Origin: a virus
Taxonomy: Duplodnaviria; Heunggongvirae; Uroviricota; Caudoviricetes
Virus record (IMG/VR): IMGVR_UViG_3300012663_000706
DNA: 64,000 nucleotides
Strand: one strand, 5' to 3'
Shown: piece by piece, positions 37,667 to 47,257 of the stretch
How the letters are laid out: each line of letters opens with the position of its first letter
Position numbering within the stretch: position 1 is the first letter of the stretch
Notes under the pieces: generated by a model
Seen by the model: only the letters and a program-made list of their open reading frames with translations
The model's database searches: none
Told to the model about the DNA's origin: nothing
Made by a program: the position numbers and the translations under genes

Positions 37667-40429
37667 TTATTTGTTCTCTAAGTTTTTAACTTTTTGTGAA
37701 AGTTCTTTAATAGCTTCAATAAGAACACCAGTTAAATCGGTATAACTTACTGTCTTATATCCATCTGGATTATTAACCACTGCATCTGGTAGGATTAATT
37801 CTACTTCTTGAGCGATCAAACCAGTTCTTTTACGACCGAATGTATCAGTGTTTAATGTATATTCAACTCCTCTAAGAGATTCAACCAGTGAGAGCGCGTT
37901 GTCTACAGTTTTAATATTAGACTTAAGATTAACATCTGAAGTAATAGTTACATCGACGAATGATGGAGAATCTACAGTTCTAACATGTTGGTTCATTGCG
38001 TTTGCATAACCATTGAAAGTAATGTAAGAAGTCCAGTTTGCACTAGTTAAAACAGCTCTCCAATTATAGAATGTACCATTAGTTACTCTACGTACTCCAA
38101 AAACATCATCATGAAAACCATGTGAAAGTTGGAATCCATAGTTACTTGCCCATGAATTACCCATGGAGTTAATCATGTTTTGCCAATCGCCAGTATATGC
38201 TCCATTTGTACTCGGCGGCATAAAAAAGAAACCTGATGATTGGTTATATGCATTTGAATCTCCAGTATTTGTGCTCTTTCTGTCACCATCACCGTATACA
38301 ATTCGACCAATACCTACACCACTAATAGAACTAGCGTCGTATGATGCTGGTCCTGGAGGGCCTGGAGGGCCTCCACCACCTGGTGTTCCATTAGTTCCGT
38401 TAGTTCCGTTTGTTCCTGGAGATCCTGTAAATCCTTGTGGACCAGGACCTCCTGGTGTTCCGTTTGTTCCATTACCTCCTGGAGATCCTGTAAATCCTTG
38501 TGGACCAGGACCTCCTGGTGTTCCGTTTGTTCCATTACCTCCTGGAGATCCTGTAAATCCTTGTGGACCAGGACCTCCTGGTGTTCCGTTTGTTCCATTA
38601 CCTCCTGGAGATCCTGTAAATCCTTGTGGACCAGCAACCGATGAAGGTGATCCATTGGTTCCATTAGTTCCAGCAGTTCCTTGAGGACCAGTTGGTCCTT
38701 GATTTCCTTGAGGACCCGATGCTCCATTACTTCCGTTTGTTCCAGCAGCTCCTTGAATACCATTTGATCCTGCTATTCCATCAACTCCAGAAGGACCTTG
38801 TCTACCTTGAGCTCCTTGTGGTCCTGCTACAGAAGATGGAGTTCCAGCGGTTCCAGCAGTTCCTTGAATACCTTGAGGACCCGCAACCGATGAAGGAGTT
38901 CCACCTGGACCTGTTGGTCCTTGACTTCCTTGTGGACCGGGACCTCCATTTGTTCCATTAGTTCCAGCAGTTCCTTGTGGTCCTGTTGGTCCTTGTGAAC
39001 CTTGCGCTCCATTAGAACCATTAGTTCCATTTGTTCCAGCAGTTCCTTGAAGACCAGTTGGGCCTTGGTTTCCTTGAGCACCAAAAGTACCTTGAATACC
39101 GGTTGGACCTTGATTACCTTGAGCACCAAAAGTTCCTTGAATACCAGTAGGACCCTGATTACCTTGGAATCCGGTAAATCCTTGGAATCCAGTAGGACCT
39201 TGGTTTCCTTGAGCACCTGTAGTTCCTACAGTACCTTGAATACCAGTTGGACCTTGATTACCCTGGAATCCAGTTGTTCCAACAGTACCTTGAATACCAG
39301 TTGGACCTTGATTACCTTGTTGACCGAATGTTCCTTGAATACCAGTTGGGCCTTGATTTCCTTGAGCTCCGGTATTACCTTGAGCTCCTGTGTTTCCTTG
39401 AATACCTTGAACGGACATGTCGACATTAAATGTCCATGCTCCTCCGCTTCTTAAATATAATTTACCATAATCAGGATCTGACTGTGGTAAAGTTCCTCCA
39501 ACTAAACCAAATTGTCCATTTGGACAAGATGCATCAGCTAGAAGTAATGCTAAACTATTATATGTTTGATAGATTACAAATCCTTGTCCTACAGTTCCTT
39601 GAATACCTGTTGGACCTTGGTTACCTTGAGCACCTGTTGTTCCTACTGTTCCTTGAATACCAGTCGGTCCTTGATTACCTTGAGCGCCAAAGGTTCCTTG
39701 AATACCGGTTGGACCTTGATTACCTTGAGCACCTGTTGTTCCTACAGTACCTTGAATACCAGTAGGACCTTGGTTTCCTTGAGCACCAAATGTTCCTTGA
39801 ATACCAGTAGGACCTTGGTTTCCTTGAGCACCGGTAACACCAATTACACCCTGGAATCCAGTAGGACCTTGATTACCTTGGAATCCAGTAGGACCTTGGT
39901 TTCCTTGTGCTCCTGTTGGACCAGTTGGGCCTTGTCGACCTTGAAAACCTTGATCTCCTGTTGGTCCTTGTCTGCCTTGAGCTCCTTGAGTACCAACAGT
40001 TCCCTGAATACCGGTTGGTCCTTGATTACCTTGAGCTCCTACAGTTCCCTGAATACCAGTTGGACCTTGACTACCTTGTTGTCCTACAGTACCTTGAATA
40101 CCGGTTGGTCCTTGATTACCTTGAGCTCCTACAGTTCCTTGAATACCGGTTGGTCCTTGATTACCTTGAGCTCCTACGGTACCTTGAATACCAATAGGAC
40201 CTTGGTTACCTTGAAATCCAGTTGGACCTTGATTACCTTGAGCTCCTACAGTTCCTTGAATACCAGTCGGACCTTGACGACCTTGAGCGCCAGTAGCGCC
40301 AATTACACCTTGTGGTCCAGTTGGACCTTGAGAACCTTGTGGACCGTTAGGACCAGTAGTGATTCTATTTTCAAGCGATGTTATTGATGTTTGTAGGTTC
40401 TGGACCTGCTTAATTTTTATTACTGACAC
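37667..40429 (-). CDS. Collagen-like fibre protein with C-terminal S74 intramolecular chaperone
   Basis: Long Gly-X-Y runs; SDVNLKSNI...GLIAQEVE...VLIEAIKEL; GTG start. Confidence 0.9.
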   Translation of the reverse strand: MSVIKIKQVQNLQTSITSLENRITTGPNGPQGSQGPTGPQGVIGATGAQGRQGPTGIQGTVGAQGNQGPTGFQGNQGPIGIQGTVGAQGNQGPTGIQGTVGAQGNQGPTGIQGTVGQQGSQGPTGIQGTVGAQGNQGPTGIQGTVGTQGAQGRQGPTGDQGFQGRQGPTGPTGAQGNQGPTGFQGNQGPTGFQGVIGVTGAQGNQGPTGIQGTFGAQGNQGPTGIQGTVGTTGAQGNQGPTGIQGTFGAQGNQGPTGIQGTVGTTGAQGNQGPTGIQGTVGQGFVIYQTYNSLALLLADASCPNGQFGLVGGTLPQSDPDYGKLYLRSGGAWTFNVDMSVQGIQGNTGAQGNTGAQGNQGPTGIQGTFGQQGNQGPTGIQGTVGTTGFQGNQGPTGIQGTVGTTGAQGNQGPTGFQGFTGFQGNQGPTGIQGTFGAQGNQGPTGIQGTFGAQGNQGPTGLQGTAGTNGTNGSNGAQGSQGPTGPQGTAGTNGTNGGPGPQGSQGPTGPGGTPSSVAGPQGIQGTAGTAGTPSSVAGPQGAQGRQGPSGVDGIAGSNGIQGAAGTNGSNGASGPQGNQGPTGPQGTAGTNGTNGSPSSVAGPQGFTGSPGGNGTNGTPGGPGPQGFTGSPGGNGTNGTPGGPGPQGFTGSPGGNGTNGTPGGPGPQGFTGSPGTNGTNGTNGTPGGGGPPGPPGPASYDASSISGVGIGRIVYGDGDRKSTNTGDSNAYNQSSGFFFMPPSTNGAYTGDWQNMINSMGNSWASNYGFQLSHGFHDDVFGVRRVTNGTFYNWRAVLTSANWTSYITFNGYANAMNQHVRTVDSPSFVDVTITSDVNLKSNIKTVDNALSLVESLRGVEYTLNTDTFGRKRTGLIAQEVELILPDAVVNNPDGYKTVSYTDLTGVLIEAIKELSQKVKNLENK
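38414..38634. repeat. Exact 63-bp tandem repeat (about 3.5 copies) inside the collagen gene
   Basis: Units start at 38414, 38477, 38540 and 38603; encodes GSPGGNGTNGTPGGPGPQGFT. Confidence 0.9.
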
Positions 40430-40503
40430 TTTTTCTAAATATGATTAGTTTGTAAGATAATGGATCTATTCTATATATTAGAGTTAGAAAACATAAATCT
40501 GAA

Positions 40504-41682
40504 TTATTCAGAAATATTTGTTTTCCAATCGTATTTCCAATCTAATTTTCTGTTTTTCTTATATAAATTCTTAATTAATTTATCGTATGTCTCAACGAGC
40601 TTATCATTTTCAACGGTATAACGCTTGATAATCTCTTGATTCTTTTTATTATATTCCTCTAAATTCTCATCATGGTGACGAAGAACCCAATTTAATAAAT
40701 TAGATCCAACTTCGATATTAAAATCAGGATAGTAATATCCAGCATCTTGTATCATATCAGCATTATGGATTAACGGGAAGTTATAGTAGAGAACATCTAG
40801 ATACGCGTAGTTTAATGGATTTTCCCATTGATGTGATATTACAACATCAGTCGCTTCAGCTAGGTAGTGACAGACTGGGTATCTAGGTGTAAATTTAATT
40901 TTTGGTGGTTTGGCTTCGCTTACAATATCTAATTGCTTAATCATAGTTTTATAGTAACCATTCTTTAGTAGTTTCTCGCCACTTGCGATTTGTATGCTTT
41001 CAAATTTTGCGCCAGCTCGGTAAGATTCTTCAGCGATCATAATAGGAATCATTGAGTATTTAACCGTATTTAAATTAGGTTCGAATACTGAAATCTTCTT
41101 CTCTTCTGCTGGACGAGGTACGTAAGTTGGTAAGTTTTTACTAAGATTTTGTCTAACTTTATAATCTAAGTCCAGGAACATTGGATCCCATACAAAAGGT
41201 ACAGGAATCGCATTGCACCTAAAAATAGTTTTATAGTAATAATGGTTTTGATAACCCTGTTGAGGTACATACCATACTTCGTCGGCTCCTAAATCCCATG
41301 TTGCAACCATATCTTTACCTTCTGTAAAAATTGCTCGCTCCATATCAATTACATAGTTGTTTCCACACATGTACTTGATAACTTTTTTATTCTTTCCAGA
41401 TGCCTTGAACTGGTCCATATTTTCTTTTGGAAAACTGGTTCCTAGTGTAATTAAAATATCTACATCTTTCCAAACATCCCAATATCTTTTAACTGGAAAT
41501 TCAATAGGATCCCAATTAACTTTTGTCAGATCCTTTACTTTGTCACTCGTATCAAGTATGATAACTTCGTGCTTGCCTATCTTCTTTAGACACTTTGCTA
41601 AGAAGATAGCATTTAATTTAATTCCATTAACCCAAACGCTTTCATGTTCAGACTGCAAACCAAGAGTGATTCCAATAACCAT
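40504..41682 (-). CDS. DUF2827-like protein (probable glycosyltransferase fold)
   Basis: WVNGIKLNAIFL, FEPNLN and SHQWENPLNYAYLD...YPDF. Confidence 0.7.
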   Translation of the reverse strand: MVIGITLGLQSEHESVWVNGIKLNAIFLAKCLKKIGKHEVIILDTSDKVKDLTKVNWDPIEFPVKRYWDVWKDVDILITLGTSFPKENMDQFKASGKNKKVIKYMCGNNYVIDMERAIFTEGKDMVATWDLGADEVWYVPQQGYQNHYYYKTIFRCNAIPVPFVWDPMFLDLDYKVRQNLSKNLPTYVPRPAEEKKISVFEPNLNTVKYSMIPIMIAEESYRAGAKFESIQIASGEKLLKNGYYKTMIKQLDIVSEAKPPKIKFTPRYPVCHYLAEATDVVISHQWENPLNYAYLDVLYYNFPLIHNADMIQDAGYYYPDFNIEVGSNLLNWVLRHHDENLEEYNKKNQEIIKRYTVENDKLVETYDKLIKNLYKKNRKLDWKYDWKTNISE

Positions 41683-41716
41683 TAATATTTCCTATTATTT
41701 AGTTTTATTTATTCAT

Positions 41717-41743
41717 AAAAAAAGAGAGCCTTTCGGCTCTCTT
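41717..41743 (-). terminator. Intrinsic terminator
   Basis: Stem AAAGAGAGCC/GGCTCTCTTT with A-run, downstream of the 540 aa gene. Confidence 0.75.
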
Positions 41744-41768
41744 TAGTTTAAAGGTATTATAATTCTAA

Positions 41769-43391
41769 TTATGCTTTAACGTAAGTAATTATTAATGCGT
41801 CAGAAGAATCAATTTGGTAAGCAATACCAGCCCATGTAACTTCAACACCAGTCATTGACGTAGGTGCAGGAATTCTAACTCCATTTACGAATAAGTGAAC
41901 GCTTCCTAAAGCTACAGGAGCGTTTGCTAACGTTAATGTAAATGGTGCAGATGGTGGTTTAGTAACAAATCCGGCCATTGTGTAGTTCTCACTAACTAGA
42001 TCAGCATCAGCTACATAGTTAGTATCGATAGAAGCGATGGTTGCTTCAACGTTCGTTACTCTAAGAGCTATTGAAGTATCAGCAGTTCCTCTAGTTGTAA
42101 TTTCAGAACCTAATGCAGTTTCTAATGAATCAACAGATCCGTCAGCACGTAAAACGAAAGAAGCAAAAGCAGTATCGTTAGTTGTATCTACGGCGTTAAT
42201 TAATGAAACGATCTCAGCGAACGTGTCAGTACTTGCGCCAGCGGATAATAAGATAGCATCAATTCTGTTTTTCTCAGTAGTGATAGAAGTTGCTAATGAA
42301 GTATCACCTGAACCTCTAGCAGTAATTTCGCCAGATAATGCAGTTTCTAATGAATCAACAGAAGCATTTACAGCAGTTACAGCAGTTCCTCTAGTTGTTT
42401 CTTCAGTAGAAATTCTAGTAGTTAATGAAGTATCAGCAGTTGCTCTAGATGCTTCTTCAGAAGAAATTCTAGTAGTTGCTGAAGTATCACCTGAACCTCT
42501 AGCAGTAATTTCGCCAGATAAAGCAGTTTCTAAAGAATCAATAGAAGCGGTTTGCGCAGTATTGATGGTTTCTAAAGAAGTAATTGCAGTACCTTGGTTA
42601 GTGTTTACTAATTCAATTGCAGTAGCTCTAGTATCAACAGAAGTTTTAGTTGCTAAAGTTCCAGCTAAAGTTTCTAAAGAATCAACAGAAGCATTTTGTG
42701 CAGTGTTAATAGTCTCTAAAGAAGTTACAGCAGTACCTAAAGAAGTAATTGATGTACCTTGAACCGTGTTTACAGATTCTACAGTAGATACTCTTGTGTC
42801 AACTGAAGTTTTAGTTGCTAAAGTTCCAGCTAAAGTTTCTAATGAATCAACAGAAGAGTTAATTGAAGAATCAACAGTGTTGATTGCAGTAACTACAGCT
42901 TCTAATGAATCAACAGATGCTTGAATTAATGTATCAGCAGAACCTCTTGCAGTTATCTCTCCAGATAATGCAGTTTCTAATGAATCAACAGAAGATACTA
43001 ATGAAGAGTCAACTGTTGCTAAAGAAGTTACAGCAGTACCTAAAGAAGTAATTGAAGTACCTTGTGTAGTATTTACTGATTCTACAGTAGATACTCTCGT
43101 ATCAACCGATGTTTTTGTTGCTAGCGTTCCAGCTAACGTCTCTAAAGAGTCTATTGAAGCTCCGTCTGCGGCAGCAGCAGTTTCAAGAGAATCTACTGAA
43201 TTTTGCAAAGCGGTTAAACTGCTACCGGTTGCTACACCAGCTAATACAGTTTCAATAGAGTCAACAGATGCTTCAGCTGCAGTAAATCTGGTATTTACCG
43301 CTGATGCATTTGGAATCTGAGCACTAGTTACCGTACCCCAGTTTACGGTGGCTAAGAAATCAGAAATTTGTTTTGACCTTAATTGCGACAT
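41769..43391 (-). CDS. Ser/Thr/Ala-rich coiled-coil fibre protein
   Basis: About 10 S[VI]DSLET repeats, a DTFAEI motif and a C-terminal VNG...ITY beta domain. Confidence 0.7.
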   Translation of the reverse strand: MSQLRSKQISDFLATVNWGTVTSAQIPNASAVNTRFTAAEASVDSIETVLAGVATGSSLTALQNSVDSLETAAAADGASIDSLETLAGTLATKTSVDTRVSTVESVNTTQGTSITSLGTAVTSLATVDSSLVSSVDSLETALSGEITARGSADTLIQASVDSLEAVVTAINTVDSSINSSVDSLETLAGTLATKTSVDTRVSTVESVNTVQGTSITSLGTAVTSLETINTAQNASVDSLETLAGTLATKTSVDTRATAIELVNTNQGTAITSLETINTAQTASIDSLETALSGEITARGSGDTSATTRISSEEASRATADTSLTTRISTEETTRGTAVTAVNASVDSLETALSGEITARGSGDTSLATSITTEKNRIDAILLSAGASTDTFAEIVSLINAVDTTNDTAFASFVLRADGSVDSLETALGSEITTRGTADTSIALRVTNVEATIASIDTNYVADADLVSENYTMAGFVTKPPSAPFTLTLANAPVALGSVHLFVNGVRIPAPTSMTGVEVTWAGIAYQIDSSDALIITYVKA

Positions 43392-43523
43392 ATGTTTATA
43401 AATTGTTTTTGGTCCCAGTTCATTATTGCCCTGGTATGATTTATATATTATTGAAGATCCTATATATTAGAAGATCTATCAATATTATAGTATTCTTTTG
43501 ATGAGAATTATATTATTATTTTA

Positions 43524-44969
43524 TTACGATTCGATCTGATACGTGATGTCTATTCTGTCATCACTATCTAAATTATAACCTGCTAAAATACCGTTCCAAT
43601 ATAGAGTATCTCCAATAGATAGCTGTGAATAATTTTTAGGTGTTGCACCTCCATCTACAGAGAAATAGCATGCTTGGTTAGTTCCTGCGCCGTCTTTGAC
43701 ATCTATAATCGATCCATTTACATTAATTTCGATAAATGTTGCTGATGTAGGTTGTCTAGATAGAGTTATTCCAGTAGAAGAATTATTTCCAGAAGTTGTA
43801 TCAGGAATTCTATTTCTTTCAGTGAATGATATTGGATGTGATATGGCTGCGAGATTACCAATGCTTGTAAATATTGATAGCAATTGGGAAGACAACTGAG
43901 ATTCTAAAGAATCAATTGAAGATGTTAATGAAGCACCTCCACCGGTGGCAGAAATTTCAAGAGAATCAATTGAAGAAAGAACATGCACTAGAGAAGATAG
44001 TTGAGATTCTAAAGAATCAACTGAAGAAGGTAACGTGTTTCCACTAATCGTAGTTTCTAAAGAATCGATTGAGGAAAGAACATAAGATAAAGAAGTTTCG
44101 ATATCGGCTACATCGGCATATGCCTCTAATTGGTAAGATATTCTTGAACCGACTTTCCATTCTAGATTAGCATAAACTTGGCTACTCGTCGCTGCTTCAA
44201 ATTCTAATACTAGTCTTATAGCATCAGCGAATTCGTCATTAGTACCTCCATTTAAATTAATTCTACTCCATGACAAAATCTTATAAACCGCGTATTGTGT
44301 AGGTGCCAGAGTATTTATTAATGTTATAACTCCGTTGCAATCAACCAGTCTTTTCGTTAAGAAATTTTCTAATGAAGATAATCTAATATTATTTTCATTT
44401 AAATTATTGAACGTAATTGAAGTAACACTTGATGGAGTACCACTATTAACGGATGCTGTACCAGATGCAGTTGGGTTTTGATTGGTGATAGAACTAATAT
44501 TGAATGTAGAAACTAATGAATCTCCAGCAACAGCTTCCTGTAATGCCGGAATACCAGTAGCTGCAACAGTACCTAATTCAAATTGATCGAATGCGTAAGT
44601 TTTCGTGGACGGATAATAGTTCTTAGTATCTACAAAAACTACTTCGGCATATATAGCTCCAACTTCTAGTTTGCTAGAATAGAATTGAGAGATTGTAAAT
44701 TCAATTTCTCCTTTAGTTGCAGGATTTGTTGAAACTCCAATAGGTTCTCCACCAAACGCACTTAGATCATCCGGATATCTGAATGTTAATAATCTTTTTC
44801 CAGCAGCGTTAAACAAAGATATTCTAAGAGATCCTGAATTTCTTACATCTAATTGTTGTCCTATGAAATCTTTAAAGAAAGTTAATTTTACGTTAGTTGA
44901 TACTCCTTGTCCAATACCAACTGTTTGCTCTAAATATATTAGAATGTCATCTTTTGCAACGTACGCCAT
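43524..44969 (-). CDS. Putative virion protein with SIDSLE repeats
   Basis: Four S[VI]DSLE repeats and a C-terminal VNG...IDITY domain shared with its neighbour. Confidence 0.6.
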   Translation of the reverse strand: MAYVAKDDILIYLEQTVGIGQGVSTNVKLTFFKDFIGQQLDVRNSGSLRISLFNAAGKRLLTFRYPDDLSAFGGEPIGVSTNPATKGEIEFTISQFYSSKLEVGAIYAEVVFVDTKNYYPSTKTYAFDQFELGTVAATGIPALQEAVAGDSLVSTFNISSITNQNPTASGTASVNSGTPSSVTSITFNNLNENNIRLSSLENFLTKRLVDCNGVITLINTLAPTQYAVYKILSWSRINLNGGTNDEFADAIRLVLEFEAATSSQVYANLEWKVGSRISYQLEAYADVADIETSLSYVLSSIDSLETTISGNTLPSSVDSLESQLSSLVHVLSSIDSLEISATGGGASLTSSIDSLESQLSSQLLSIFTSIGNLAAISHPISFTERNRIPDTTSGNNSSTGITLSRQPTSATFIEINVNGSIIDVKDGAGTNQACYFSVDGGATPKNYSQLSIGDTLYWNGILAGYNLDSDDRIDITYQIES

Positions 44970-45020
44970 TTTATCTGTTTATTGTTTTTATCTTGTTTAT
45001 ATATTTGGAATACTCATCGA

Positions 45021-45716
45021 TCAAGTGTTAGTTTTAAGATAATTAAATAATTTATACCTTGTAATAGGCAGGAGACAGGTTTCTAAAGGAAAAGCTTTTT
45101 TAACGTCTGCTCTTATGCATATCCTACCATGCTCATTTAGGCCGACGAGTGTTACAAAATCAGATATTTTTTCAATAGAATAATCTTCAACATCGGCTAT
45201 CGTTTCAAATTTAAAATCTTTCCAACCTGATAATACAGAACTTGGCTTAATAAAACTGTAAATTCTATATTTTTTATCGACAGTACATAGGATTAGGTAC
45301 CCATTAACATAGACTCTTTTATGTTCGGGTATTTGTGTAAAATTAATAAACTTTTCAGTATCTCTCCATTTAGCCCTAATATCTTTGTATATTTTCTCAA
45401 AGAATAAAGTAGCGTCTTCAGAAATACTTATTATAGTATTAATTTCTTCGGAGTTGTCGTGGTTGTATTCGTATTGAAGAGACATTGTATCAATATCAAT
45501 GCCCTTGAGAGTTCTTAATCTAGAAGTAATTTCGTCGATTTTGTATTTGAACTTGTAGAGATAATCTAGATGGAGTTCAACCTCGTCTAGTACTGGAAAA
45601 ATGTCACCATCCTTTATTAACGACTGATATTTATTAGCCGCTGAAAGAAGCTTATACTTCTTAAATTCGTAATCTATAGGTTGGGAAGTAAGCCAATCAT
45701 TATCCAATATCTCCAT
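45021..45716 (-). CDS. Hypothetical protein
   Basis: 231 aa; N-terminal DWLT...IDYEFKKYKLL; late-type motif upstream. Confidence 0.65.
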   Translation of the reverse strand: MEILDNDWLTSQPIDYEFKKYKLLSAANKYQSLIKDGDIFPVLDEVELHLDYLYKFKYKIDEITSRLRTLKGIDIDTMSLQYEYNHDNSEEINTIISISEDATLFFEKIYKDIRAKWRDTEKFINFTQIPEHKRVYVNGYLILCTVDKKYRIYSFIKPSSVLSGWKDFKFETIADVEDYSIEKISDFVTLVGLNEHGRICIRADVKKAFPLETCLLPITRYKLFNYLKTNT

Positions 45717-45746
45717 GATGTATTTATCACGGAGATATTGCCAATG

Positions 45747-46061
45747 TTAATTCTTTTTCTTAATTTTAACTGGCCCAGAATTATTTTTCGAAGGTGAAAT
45801 ATATTCTGTTGAGGATGTAGTCAATCCCCATTGTAGAATAAACCAACTAGCTTCCATTTCTGCCAGCTTTTTAGTTAATCCTAATTCTTTGCTAATTCTA
45901 GAAACACAATACTCGGTAAATTTCTTTTGCTCTTCTTGTGTTGTCTGGAAATTCATATACCAATTCGGCATATCTACAACCTCTTCGTAAGTTTTTCCGA
46001 ATGGTTCGAGTTGCTTGTTAATTAATTCAATAAACAGCTTTCTTTGTCTATCTCTGCTCAT
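45747..46061 (-). CDS. Hypothetical protein
   Basis: 104 aa ORF in the clpP operon. Confidence 0.6.
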   Translation of the reverse strand: MSRDRQRKLFIELINKQLEPFGKTYEEVVDMPNWYMNFQTTQEEQKKFTEYCVSRISKELGLTKKLAEMEASWFILQWGLTTSSTEYISPSKNNSGPVKIKKKN

Positions 46062-46264
46062 AATTCAATAAGTTCATTTAATAATCCTCGATCAGTCAAA
46101 GCAATAAATTCATTTGAAGACATAGATACTTGAACGTATCCTTTAGCAGGAATGTTTTGATATGTTATATCATCTTGTTCGTCAGGATCAAGAGACCATA
46201 CAATATCGAGAATTCTTTTTAAGTATTCTACTTTACCTGATTCGATGTAAATATGTACATTCAT
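46058..46264 (-). CDS. Hypothetical protein
   Basis: 68 aa ORF with ATGA overlap. Confidence 0.55.
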   Translation of the reverse strand: MNVHIYIESGKVEYLKRILDIVWSLDPDEQDDITYQNIPAKGYVQVSMSSNEFIALTDRGLLNELIEL

Positions 46265-46268
46265 TTTA

Positions 46269-46949
46269 TTATTTATTCTTTTTTACAATAGAGTCTATAA
46301 TACCATATTCTAAAGCTTGGTTAGCGTCTAACCATAAATCTCTTTCGGCATCTTTTTTAACTATTTCTGGATCCTTGTCGCAATATTCTCCTAAAAGAGT
46401 AAATAGAGTATCGTTAATTTTGATCCATTCCTTCCAGTCAATAGCAGCATCTTGAATATTTCCGCTAAAACCTCCAGAAGATTGGTGTAACATTGTCGTA
46501 CTGAATCTTAATGAAGACCTTTTACCTTTAGTTCCGGCTCCTAACAAGATCGATCCCATTGATGCGGCCATACCGGTATTTACGGTCTTAATATCACTCT
46601 TAATGTAATCCATAACATCCACCATTGATAATCCGGATTTACAGCTTCCGCCACCAGAATCAATATGCATTGTAATATCGTCGTTGTTTACTGAATCCAG
46701 AAACATCAACTGAGCCTGTACAATGGTTGACATATTATCGTTAACTTCTCCAGCTACCCATAATAATCGATCCATCATTAATCTAGAGAAAATGTCCATT
46801 TGACTAACTCTTAATTCTCTCTCTTCTAAAATATACGGTGTTAAAGATCCTTGGACCTGTTTACCATAATAGTCTAATTTTAAAGATGAGATATTATGCT
46901 CAGATTTGGCATATCTATTAAATTCTTTGTCTTTGCTGTAGTAGTTCAT
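46269..46949 (-). CDS. clpP: ATP-dependent Clp protease proteolytic subunit
   Basis: LTPYILEER...MDIFSRLMMDR (Bacteroidota type); catalytic AASMG, MLHQ and ERD intact. Confidence 0.95.
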   Translation of the reverse strand: MNYYSKDKEFNRYAKSEHNISSLKLDYYGKQVQGSLTPYILEERELRVSQMDIFSRLMMDRLLWVAGEVNDNMSTIVQAQLMFLDSVNNDDITMHIDSGGGSCKSGLSMVDVMDYIKSDIKTVNTGMAASMGSILLGAGTKGKRSSLRFSTTMLHQSSGGFSGNIQDAAIDWKEWIKINDTLFTLLGEYCDKDPEIVKKDAERDLWLDANQALEYGIIDSIVKKNK

Positions 46950-47257
46950 AATTGTTCTAGTATTTCTTTAATAATTTTACAAGTTTCGTATTCCTCTATT
47001 TCTAAAAAATAGGTGTGTGCTTTGTTTAATGATTTTTTCCAGTTTTCTTTTTCTAAACTAATATCGTATTTGCTTCCGTTGTCATCTTCGAACTGGCATA
47101 ATATATTATGCTTGATTGTACCATCTAATGTGTTTAAAACATGCGAAACTATTTGTCTATTTAACGTGTCTTCTCCTTCTCTTTCAAGATAATTACTAAG
47201 TAACTTATTGGAATGATTCCGCCCTAGCATTATCTTTATTATTGGTACTTTTTTCAT
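46946..47257 (-). CDS. Small protein with C-terminal UVR-like motif
   Basis: YFLEIEEYETCKIIKEIL; coupled to the clpP start. Confidence 0.65.
   Translation of the reverse strand: MKKVPIIKIMLGRNHSNKLLSNYLEREGEDTLNRQIVSHVLNTLDGTIKHNILCQFEDDNGSKYDISLEKENWKKSLNKAHTYFLEIEEYETCKIIKEILEQL

Noticed and set aside
38163-40387. Many alternative-frame and antisense ORFs over the collagen gene (likewise 62399-63425 and 42037-42762)
   Set aside because: Shadows of repetitive Gly-X-Y or Ser/Thr codons.
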